Source: Candidatus Saccharimonadota bacterium (GTDB taxonomy: Bacteria; Patescibacteriota; Saccharimonadia; Saccharimonadales; Saccharimonadaceae). Taken from it: DNA of 56,812 bases. Location of the stretch: NCBI GenBank assembly GCA_017510805.1, contig JAFWMC010000063.1:1-56812 (forward strand), read 5' to 3'. Positions within the stretch are counted from its first letter, which is position 1. The number at the start of each line of letters is the position of its first letter. A program made the position numbers and the translations under genes. Shown piece after piece: positions 47,678-56,065 of the stretch. Below the pieces are notes generated by a model. It worked only from the letters and a program-made list of their open reading frames with translations. It was not told where the DNA came from and did not search any database.

Positions 47678-49507
47678 ATGTGTGGAATCGTGGGCTATGT
47701 GGGCAATAATAAGGCGCAAGACTTTTTAATCAGTGGCCTAAAGAGGCTAGAATATCGCGGCTATGATTCCGCTGGTATTGTTACTCTAGACAAAAAGGGA
47801 AAAGCCACTCTTCTTCGTGAAAAAGGCAAAGTTTCTGGTCTAGAGTCTAAGGTTTCCCAAAATGCCAGAGATGATCAAATTGGCATTGGTCATACTCGTT
47901 GGGCTACTCATGGCGAACCTTCCGAGCGCAATGCTCATCCTCATCAAGCTGGCGATATTTATCTCGTCCACAATGGTATCATTGAAAATTACAAAGAGCT
48001 AAAAGATCAAATTAAAGATCACCAATTCCAGTCCGATACTGATTCCGAAGTCCTCGCTGCGCTAATTAACTCATTTTATCAGGGCGGCAAACATCCACTG
48101 TCTAATGCTGTAGTTCAGGCTCTCAAGCTTGTTCGTGGCACTTATGGTATTGCCGTCATTTCCGTTAAAAATCCTGGAGAAATTGTCGTGGCTCGTTCTG
48201 GCTCGCCACTTGTTATTGGGGTCTGTCAGGACGAAACCCTCATTGCCTCCGATGCTTCTGCTCTTGTCGGCCATACTAAAAAGGCTATTTATCTAAATGA
48301 CGGCGAAGTTGCCACTATCGCCAAGGATAGTATTTCTATTAAAACTTTAGATTCTCAACCAGTATCAAATAAAGTCGAAACTATCCAGACCGACCTTTCT
48401 GCCATTCAAAAAGGTGGCTATGACCATTTTCTTCTCAAGGAAGTCATGGAGCAGCCCCAATCTCTTACAGAAACACTTCGTGGCCGTATCAACGTTAAAG
48501 ATTGCACCGTCCATCTTGGCGGCCCCAATCTAAGTGATTCCGAGCTTCGTAAAATTAAACATATTATTATCGTTGGTTGTGGCACCGCCTATTATGCTGG
48601 CATGACCGCCGCCTATTACATTGAAAAGTTTACTCCTGAAATCACCATCGAGCCAGTCATCGCCTCTGAATACCGTTATCGAAACGCCTACATCCCTAAA
48701 GATTCCGTTGCACTCATCGTTTCTCAGTCTGGCGAAACTGCCGATACTCTCGCTTGTCTTCGCGAAATCAAAAAGCAGGGAATCAAAACCATTGGTATCG
48801 TCAATAGCATCGGCTCTACTATCGCTCGCGAAGTAGACGGCGGCACTTATATCCATGTTGGCCCAGAGATTTCCGTTGCCTCTACAAAAGCGTACACTTC
48901 CCAGTCTATTGCAATGATTATGTTTGGCCTTACTATTGCTCAGGCTAAAGGTGTCAAGTCTAACACGCTTGCCCCCTACATTAAAGAAATTGCCGCTCTA
49001 CCTCAAGAAATCGAAGGTTTACTCCAGTCTATCCCAGATACAGTTAAAAATATTGCCAAAAAATATGCCAAAAAATATGACCATGCCATCTATCTTGGTC
49101 GTGACACCGCCTATCCCACCGCTCTAGAGGGCGCTCTCAAATTAAAGGAGATTTCCTATACCGATGCTAATGCTTATCCTACCGGGGAATTAAAACACGG
49201 CCCTATCGCCCTTGTCGACGATAATGCCTTTGAATTTTTCCTTCTCCCAGAAAACGATTTATACGACAAATCCCTCTCTGGTCTAGAGGAGGTTCTTGCT
49301 CGTGGTGGCCACGCTATCGTTGTTACTGACAAATCAGATTTTAATCACCCAGTAGAACAAATCATTACTGTCCAGACCGGCCTTAAATTACTTACTCCGC
49401 TCCTACTCAATGTTGTTTCGCAGCTCTTTGCCTACAACTTTGCCGTCGCCAAAGGTTTACCCGTTGACCAGCCACGCAACCTCGCCAAATCTGTCACTGT
49501 TGAATAG
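47678..49507 (+). CDS. glmS: Glutamine-fructose-6-phosphate transaminase
   Basis: MCGIVG, LEYRGYDSAG, GHTRWATHG, SQSGETAD, VASTKA, C-terminal PRNLAKSVTVE. Confidence 0.98.
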   Translation: MCGIVGYVGNNKAQDFLISGLKRLEYRGYDSAGIVTLDKKGKATLLREKGKVSGLESKVSQNARDDQIGIGHTRWATHGEPSERNAHPHQAGDIYLVHNGIIENYKELKDQIKDHQFQSDTDSEVLAALINSFYQGGKHPLSNAVVQALKLVRGTYGIAVISVKNPGEIVVARSGSPLVIGVCQDETLIASDASALVGHTKKAIYLNDGEVATIAKDSISIKTLDSQPVSNKVETIQTDLSAIQKGGYDHFLLKEVMEQPQSLTETLRGRINVKDCTVHLGGPNLSDSELRKIKHIIIVGCGTAYYAGMTAAYYIEKFTPEITIEPVIASEYRYRNAYIPKDSVALIVSQSGETADTLACLREIKKQGIKTIGIVNSIGSTIAREVDGGTYIHVGPEISVASTKAYTSQSIAMIMFGLTIAQAKGVKSNTLAPYIKEIAALPQEIEGLLQSIPDTVKNIAKKYAKKYDHAIYLGRDTAYPTALEGALKLKEISYTDANAYPTGELKHGPIALVDDNAFEFFLLPENDLYDKSLSGLEEVLARGGHAIVVTDKSDFNHPVEQIITVQTGLKLLTPLLLNVVSQLFAYNFAVAKGLPVDQPRNLAKSVTVE

Positions 49508-49527
49508 ATTATGGTATAATTATAGAT

Positions 49528-50949
49528 ATGAAGAAAGACCCCGGTCTAGTATTTCGTATCTGTTTGATGCTTGGCGACGCAATTGCGATAGTTTTTTCGT
49601 TCGCTTTTGCCTATTATATTCGCACACACATAGACACTCGCCCCTACTATTTTGATTCTGAAATCTGGGATTTTATCCTTACTATTTTATTTCTTGTGCC
49701 CGTCTGGCTCGTTATTCTAGCCAGCTTAGGTCTTTATAAAAAATCCGTTTTTCTCGGCTCCCATCTCACAGAGAGCGCTAGATTATTGATGGCTTCATGT
49801 CTTGGCACCATGACGATTATCACCTACGATTTCTTCGGTCAGGGCAATCTTTTTCCAGTTCGCCTTGTCGCCGTCTGGGCCACCCTACTCTGTTTTATCT
49901 CTCTTATTGTCATTCGCAATCTTCTCCGTCTTCTTCGTCGTCGTTTTATTCGTGCAGACCGTGGCACCATCCGTGCCATCGTTATTGGTGATAGCAAAAA
50001 TACCGAATACCTCCTAGAGCAAATCGCCGACAACCCAGAGGCCGGCTATCGTCTCTCTGGCGTCGTGGCAGGGAACAGTTATATCCCTGAAAACTTCAGG
50101 AACAAAAAATTCTCCAGTCTTTCTGCTGCTCTTGCTCATACTCGCCCAGATGTTATCTTTCAGACCGATGAAAACCAGACCGAATACGTCTATAAACAAG
50201 CCATTGATCGCCACCTACTATATTACTTTGTCCCCAGCGAAGCAGCCCTTTCTACCCAATTTGGCCACCTAGAGCTTATTGGCGACACCCCAGCCATCCT
50301 TGTCAAGGTTACCCCGCTTATCGGCGGCGCCAGAATTATCAAACGCTTAACTGACATCATCCTTGGCTTCATCATCACTATTTTTGCCCTTATCCCCATG
50401 ATGATTATCTGGCTTATATCCAAACTATCAGACATCAAGCATTCCCCCATCTATAAAGACGAGCGCCTTTCTCTTTATAATACCCATATCAAAATTTACA
50501 AATTCCGCTCCATGAAGCCCGAATACAGCGGCCTTACTCCAGAGGAGGCCTTTACTAAAATGGGCAAGCCAGAGCTAATTGAAAAATACCGTAAAAACGG
50601 CGACTATCTCAAAAACGACCCTCGCATTACCAAGCTTGGCAAATTCCTTCGCTCCACCTCCCTAGACGAATTACCTCAGTTATTTAATGTTCTCAAGGGC
50701 GACATTTCCTTAGTCGGCCCTCGCGCCCTCGTTCCTGGGGAATTAAAAGATTACGGCGATCGCTCCTTGCTCCTCTCTGTCAAATCTGGCCTCACCGGCC
50801 TTGCTCAAGTTTCCGGCCGCCGCGACATCTCCTTTGACGAGCGTCGTTCTCTAGATCTCTACTATATCCAAAACTGGACTTTCTTCCTAGATCTCCAGAT
50901 CCTTCTTCGCACTGTTGCCGCTGTATTGCTCCGCAAAGGGGCAAAATAA
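49528..50949 (+). CDS. Priming polyprenyl glycosylphosphotransferase (WcaJ/CpsE-like)
   Basis: N-terminal TMs; KR..D, KFRSM, DPRIT..G.FLR..SLDELPQL.NVLKGD.SLVGPR, GLTGLAQV.GR. Confidence 0.93.
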   Translation: MKKDPGLVFRICLMLGDAIAIVFSFAFAYYIRTHIDTRPYYFDSEIWDFILTILFLVPVWLVILASLGLYKKSVFLGSHLTESARLLMASCLGTMTIITYDFFGQGNLFPVRLVAVWATLLCFISLIVIRNLLRLLRRRFIRADRGTIRAIVIGDSKNTEYLLEQIADNPEAGYRLSGVVAGNSYIPENFRNKKFSSLSAALAHTRPDVIFQTDENQTEYVYKQAIDRHLLYYFVPSEAALSTQFGHLELIGDTPAILVKVTPLIGGARIIKRLTDIILGFIITIFALIPMMIIWLISKLSDIKHSPIYKDERLSLYNTHIKIYKFRSMKPEYSGLTPEEAFTKMGKPELIEKYRKNGDYLKNDPRITKLGKFLRSTSLDELPQLFNVLKGDISLVGPRALVPGELKDYGDRSLLLSVKSGLTGLAQVSGRRDISFDERRSLDLYYIQNWTFFLDLQILLRTVAAVLLRKGAK

Positions 50950-52193
50950 TGGGTAAAAAGACGACAAAGGCTCGTGTTGCCCTGGTTTGCGACTGGCTCA
51001 CCACCGTCGGCGGCGCCGAGCAAGTTTTGAAGGCTATCCACGAGCTCTACCCCTCCGCCCCCATCTACACTTCCCAATACAGCGAAAAGGGCATTGATTG
51101 GTTTAAAGATGCCGATGTCCGCACTGGTTGGCTCCAAATTTTCCCAAAAGGTCTTCGTCGTTTTCTTGGTCCTCTCCGCCAGCTTTATTTTTCTCACCTA
51201 GACCTTTCAGATTACGATCTAATTATCTCCGTCACCGGTGCCGAGGCTAAGTCCGTAAAAAAGGGAACGGCCACTCATATCTGTTATTGCCATGTTCCCA
51301 CTCAATATTACTGGCAGTTTTATGATAAATATCTAGAAAATCCCGGTTTTGGCTTCTTAGATCCCCTCGCTCGCCTCGGTCTCAAATTATTCGTCAAGCC
51401 CCTTCGCCGTGCCGATTACCAGGCTGCCCAACGCCCAGATTATTTCGTTACCATTTCTAGCTACGCCTCCGCCGAAATCAAAAAGGCCTACAAGAGGGAA
51501 TCAAGCGTTATCTATCCGCCGGTCAATATCTCCGAATTCCACAAGGTTGTGGAAAACTATATAACTAAAAAAGGGAAAAGTCAAGCCAGTCAAAAGGCAA
51601 ATAAAACAATAGAAAACAGCAAAAGTCAAATAGCTAAAGCCGAACAAATTTCACCACAAAACACCATAAAATCAAATAATTTCAAGTATTACATCAACTA
51701 TTCCCGCCAAGTTACTTGGAAACGTTTAGACCTAATTGTCAAATCATGCCTCGCCACAAATTCGCCACTTTGTCTAATTGGCGACGGTCCCGAGCATAAT
51801 AATCTTGTAAAGCTTGCCGGCGGCTCGCCCCTCATTACCTTTTTGCCCGCCATGCCCCAAGATGAACTAGTCAAATATTTGCAAAATTCCAAAGCTTTTA
51901 TCTTCCCCTCAATGGAGCCTTTTGGTATTGCCCCAGTAGAAGCCCTCGCTGCTGGCGTGCCAGTCATCGCTTATAAAGGCGGTGGCGCACTTGATTATAT
52001 TAAAGACGAAAAAAACGGCCTTTTCTTTGACAGGCAGACCGTCAAATCTTTGTCCGAATCGTTCAAAAAATTTGAACACACCTCCCTAGCTACCCCTGAT
52101 AAAATCAGCCAATCTGTGGAAAACTTCTCCGTAGCCACCTTCAAATCCGACCTAGCGAAGTTTATAAAGGAGAAAATAGCTGATGACAGGTAA
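50949..52193 (+). CDS. GT4 glycosyltransferase with an internal K/Q/N-rich insertion
   Basis: DWL...GGAE.V, YCH.P, VIYPPV, KR.DL, EPFGIAPVEALAAG.PVI. Confidence 0.9.
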   Translation: MGKKTTKARVALVCDWLTTVGGAEQVLKAIHELYPSAPIYTSQYSEKGIDWFKDADVRTGWLQIFPKGLRRFLGPLRQLYFSHLDLSDYDLIISVTGAEAKSVKKGTATHICYCHVPTQYYWQFYDKYLENPGFGFLDPLARLGLKLFVKPLRRADYQAAQRPDYFVTISSYASAEIKKAYKRESSVIYPPVNISEFHKVVENYITKKGKSQASQKANKTIENSKSQIAKAEQISPQNTIKSNNFKYYINYSRQVTWKRLDLIVKSCLATNSPLCLIGDGPEHNNLVKLAGGSPLITFLPAMPQDELVKYLQNSKAFIFPSMEPFGIAPVEALAAGVPVIAYKGGGALDYIKDEKNGLFFDRQTVKSLSESFKKFEHTSLATPDKISQSVENFSVATFKSDLAKFIKEKIADDR

Positions 52194-53853
52194 ACAGACA
52201 AAGAAAACTGCTTTTGCGGTTTTGTGGTGTTTATGCCTATTATTACCATCGGTGTTATTCTTTTCCTACCAACCACTAATCCAATTGGGCGAAACCGATT
52301 CCATGCATCTTGACCTTTCCCTCCCCCTTATTCTCCTCGCAATAATCTCCCTTCTCACACTTCCCCTTCTCCCCAAAATCATCAAAACCACCCCTAAAAA
52401 GCCTCTACTCGCCCTTACCATAATTCCCTGCTATACCATACTTTCCCTGCTTTGGTCAAATAATCCCTTGCGCACTTTTCTTTCTTTTGGCGTGCTTGCT
52501 TGTCTTGCTCTCAACGTTCTCGCACTTCTCTATATCATCAAAAATATTACTCCAGCCCAGCTTGCTAGCTTTAAAAAAATCACCCTCCGGCTCTTTCTTG
52601 CCACCTCTGTTATTGTTTCTATCTTTGCTTGGCTTCAATGTATTTTAGATGTTATTGGCGTCAGCCGTGATATTACCCTTCTCTGTGAGGGTTGTACTTA
52701 TCAATCTTTTGGTTTTCCCCATCCTAGCGCTTTTGCTATAGAGCCTCAATTTTTCGGCAATCTCTTGCTTGCTCCTGTATTTCTATGCTACTATTTCTTA
52801 TTATACCACAAAAATAATAAAAAGTCAATATTCCCCTCAAAGTTCCTCTGGCCAGTGACTATTTTCCTTACCATCACCCTATTTTTCACTTTTTCCCGCG
52901 GCGCCATTTACGCCTTTCTCGCCGCCTCCGCCACCCTAATCCTCTGGCAGCTCATTAAAAAACGCTTCCAAATCGTAAAAATTCTCCCTATAATTCTCTG
53001 CTCCGCTATAATTTCCCTTATCTGTCAAGGCATCTTCGCCCAAATCTCCCCCACCTCCGACACTTTCACCTCTGGCATCGCCAAATCTATCCACCATCTC
53101 ACCCTCGGATATGTAGATTTGCGCTCGCTTGCCCCCACATCTTCATCAAGCTCTGAAAATTCCATTTCCGCTGATGGCGGAGAAAGTACCAATCTTTCTT
53201 CTGAAGTAACGGCCGAATCCTCAGATTCGTCAACCTCAGAGAGTTCTAATTCTGCCGAGGAAAATAGGCAGGTTTTCGCAAGCGAAACCGTGCCCCGGAT
53301 TTCTTACGAGAAATCCGAAGCGAGCGACACCCGCGACGGCGGGCTGACGCGAGCAGGGTTGAGCGGCGAAACGCCTGCTATTTTCCCACGGGATGATAAT
53401 CAGTCGCAGTTTGACGGCTACGTCTCCGAGTCCACCGATTTCCGTCTCAGCCTCACATCAATGGCTCTCGCCACTTGGTCTAGCAATCCAAAAACGATAT
53501 TTCTCGGTGTCGGTCTCGGTGGCGCTGGCCCAATTCTCTATCAAAACTACCCAGAGCTTGGCACCGCCCAGCAAATCGTTCAAAACGAATATGCCAGCCT
53601 CCTTCTAGAATTCGGCCTCGTTGGTGTTGCCATCATTGTATTTGCCGCTATTCTCATTTTCACCACCATCAAAATCAGATCCACCCCCGAAAAAGTCTTC
53701 TTCTTTACACTACTTCTTGCTTACGGTCTTACGCTTTTCTTCTTTTCTGGCCTTCCCAACGCTCTTCACATCTACCTTCTCCCCATCTACGCTCTTCTCT
53801 TTAGTAAACACCAGCTTCTCATAAACCGCAAAATTCAGCAGCATAATCACTAG
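52183..53853 (+). CDS. O-antigen ligase/polymerase-like (Wzy_C) membrane protein
   Basis: Many TM segments, EPQFFG, TFSRGA, R...W....LGVGLG, QNEY..LL.E.GLVG. Confidence 0.78.
   Translation: MTGKQTKKTAFAVLWCLCLLLPSVLFFSYQPLIQLGETDSMHLDLSLPLILLAIISLLTLPLLPKIIKTTPKKPLLALTIIPCYTILSLLWSNNPLRTFLSFGVLACLALNVLALLYIIKNITPAQLASFKKITLRLFLATSVIVSIFAWLQCILDVIGVSRDITLLCEGCTYQSFGFPHPSAFAIEPQFFGNLLLAPVFLCYYFLLYHKNNKKSIFPSKFLWPVTIFLTITLFFTFSRGAIYAFLAASATLILWQLIKKRFQIVKILPIILCSAIISLICQGIFAQISPTSDTFTSGIAKSIHHLTLGYVDLRSLAPTSSSSSENSISADGGESTNLSSEVTAESSDSSTSESSNSAEENRQVFASETVPRISYEKSEASDTRDGGLTRAGLSGETPAIFPRDDNQSQFDGYVSESTDFRLSLTSMALATWSSNPKTIFLGVGLGGAGPILYQNYPELGTAQQIVQNEYASLLLEFGLVGVAIIVFAAILIFTTIKIRSTPEKVFFFTLLLAYGLTLFFFSGLPNALHIYLLPIYALLFSKHQLLINRKIQQHNH
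53259..53386. mobile_element. MITE/REP-like palindromic element inserted in frame in a CDS
   Basis: Imperfect ~21-bp terminal inverted repeats and three internal hairpins; GC-rich and G-rich against a C/T-rich host gene. Confidence 0.6.
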
Positions 53854-54288
53854 TGTCATCAATATATATACCCCCGTACTTTTTACGAATTCATAATTAA
53901 AAATCCAGCTTGTCAAGAAGTAGACAAATCCATACAGCCAATCAAAACAGGTAGAAAAAATCCAAGTCAGCGGCGGCCGCAGCAAAAATACTGCTATCCC
54001 GTTCCAGATAAAGAATTTCACCACCCCATATTTCCCCGGGTTACGCTCCCTCCAAGTTATATTATTATGCATAACATACGCCGCAAAAGTCGCTACCACC
54101 CCTGATACCACCGCGCTCGGGGCCAAATTCCCTACAAATAATACATTTAGTGCAAACTGATACACTAAATAGTCCACTACTGTTGCTATTACTCCCACCC
54201 CAGCAAATTTCAGCACTTTTTTTATATCTTTACCCTTTTTTCCGCCCCCTTCCCCCTCTATTTCTATTTCCATTTTAATTTCTGTCAT
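53710..54288 (-). CDS. GtrA-family flippase-like protein
   Basis: LKFAGVGVIATVVDY, ..N..ITW, NF..Y..LVF; four TM segments. Confidence 0.75.
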   Translation of the reverse strand: MTEIKMEIEIEGEGGGKKGKDIKKVLKFAGVGVIATVVDYLVYQFALNVLFVGNLAPSAVVSGVVATFAAYVMHNNITWRERNPGKYGVVKFFIWNGIAVFLLRPPLTWIFSTCFDWLYGFVYFLTSWIFNYEFVKSTGVYILMTLVIMLLNFAVYEKLVFTKEKSVDGEKVDVKSVGKARKEEKRKTVSKK

Positions 54289-54727
54289 GTAGCTCCTTTT
54301 TAAAGAAGTTAGTTTTATAAATTTCCGCCCCTTTATTTAAGTAAAATTGCCAGGCTGCCTCGCGCCCCTCTCCAGAGGTAAATTCTAATTCTCCTGCTCC
54401 TTTTTCCTGTCCCCAGCGCAAAATTTCATCCCAAATCAATCCTCCCACGCCTTGCCCTCGTGCCCGCTCTGTTACTACGAAATCTTCCAGATAGACATTT
54501 TTTCTTACTATCGCCCCCATTGTCACCGACACCACCGCCATCCCCAGTATCGCATCTCCGTTCGTTGCTAAAATCAAATCGTGGTATGGTGAATCAATCA
54601 CCTCTAAAAACCATTCCTTGGGTATCTCTCCCCGATCTTTTCCGCTTCGTGATAATTCCACCAAAAGTCCCCTCACTGCTTCCGCCACCTCTGGTGTGTA
54701 CTCTGTTAACCTTTTAATTTCTGGCAT
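54275..54727 (-). CDS. GNAT acetyltransferase
   Basis: YLEDFVV...ARGQGVG acetyl-CoA motif and A..FY...G; overlaps glmM. Confidence 0.88.
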   Translation of the reverse strand: MPEIKRLTEYTPEVAEAVRGLLVELSRSGKDRGEIPKEWFLEVIDSPYHDLILATNGDAILGMAVVSVTMGAIVRKNVYLEDFVVTERARGQGVGGLIWDEILRWGQEKGAGELEFTSGEGREAAWQFYLNKGAEIYKTNFFKKELHDRN

Positions 54728-56064
54728 AATTTTTCCTCCAATTCCTCTGCAATTTTTGTAATTTCCCCCTCATCTTTGCCCCAGATAGTAATACGCACCA
54801 ATTCCTCTGTCCCGCTCGGTCGTACCAACATCCGCCCCCCAGCCGTCCCTACGCGTTGGTTATATTCGTTAATAATATCCTCGCACTCTCCTAATCTTGC
54901 CTTCTCGTCGGCTGTTGCTGGGAAATTATGGATAATCTGCGGCAATTTATCCATCCCAGCTGCCAAATCATGTAGGCTCTTGTGCGTCAAGGAAATAATC
55001 TTACTCATCACCAGTGCTGTCAGCACGCCATCGCCCATTGGCTCCCCTGGCAAGATAATATGTCCACTCTGTTCCCCTCCTAGCAAAATCCCATCTTCAC
55101 GCATTCTTGCAAATACATTTGCGTCCCCTACGTCCGTAATCGCTAGCTGCACCCCTGTTTTCTCAGCCCAATTAAACAGCCCCTGATTTGCCATCACGGT
55201 CGTTGCTACCTCTGTTAATCCAAGCCACTCAGCTATAATCATCAGCATTTCATCCCCGTCTACCACTGCTCCCGTATGGTCTACCATTAGGCATCTATCC
55301 CCGTCCCCGTCAAATGCCGCTCCAAAGTCTAGTTTCCCTTCCGTTACCAAAAGTTGCAATGCTTCTATATGTGTGCTGCCACACCCCTTGTTTATCCCTG
55401 TTCCATACTCTATATTATCGTTAATTACGGAAACCTCCGCCCCTAATTCCTCAAAAATCGTACGCGCTGTCACCCCTGTTGCACCATTAGCGCAATCTAG
55501 CCCAATTCTCATCCCTGCAAAATCTACTCCATTTCTTGCTAATTCTGCCGGCCCAATTTTTTCTACATATTCTCTCAAATGTCTCAAATACAGGGAAACA
55601 GCCTCCTCATGGATATCATCCACTGCCTCTCCCCCAGATAAATCTATAGATTTTATATCATCTAGTGAATTTTCTATTTGTACCACTCCTGCCGCCGATA
55701 ATTTCACTCCATATTCATCACCTCTTTCAAATACCTTTATTCCGTTGTCTTTATAGGGGTTGTGGCTAGCCGTCACGTCTATCGCAAAGTCATAGTTTAT
55801 ATCATAGAACGCATAATTTATCCCCGGCGTCGGCAACACACCTACATTAGCATATTCCATCCCCACCGATTCGCACGCCTTTTCAAAATCCCTCAAAATC
55901 CACTCAGACGATTCTCTGGTATCTCCCCCCAACATTACCTTCGCCCCCTCTATTCCTAGTTCGTCCGCGTAATGCTTTAGCCCCACTGCTATCCCCTCTA
56001 TAAATTCCGGCGAAAATCTCTCTGCTTTCCCCCTTATTCCGTCTGTGCCAAAATATTTTCCCAT
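54706..56064 (-). CDS. glmM: Phosphoglucosamine mutase / phosphohexomutase
   Basis: YFGTDGIRG, TASHNP, DCANGA, FDGDGDR, VGD, GGEQSGH, RPSGTE. Confidence 0.9.
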   Translation of the reverse strand: MGKYFGTDGIRGKAERFSPEFIEGIAVGLKHYADELGIEGAKVMLGGDTRESSEWILRDFEKACESVGMEYANVGVLPTPGINYAFYDINYDFAIDVTASHNPYKDNGIKVFERGDEYGVKLSAAGVVQIENSLDDIKSIDLSGGEAVDDIHEEAVSLYLRHLREYVEKIGPAELARNGVDFAGMRIGLDCANGATGVTARTIFEELGAEVSVINDNIEYGTGINKGCGSTHIEALQLLVTEGKLDFGAAFDGDGDRCLMVDHTGAVVDGDEMLMIIAEWLGLTEVATTVMANQGLFNWAEKTGVQLAITDVGDANVFARMREDGILLGGEQSGHIILPGEPMGDGVLTALVMSKIISLTHKSLHDLAAGMDKLPQIIHNFPATADEKARLGECEDIINEYNQRVGTAGGRMLVRPSGTEELVRITIWGKDEGEITKIAEELEEKLCQKLKG

Positions 56065-56065
56065 T

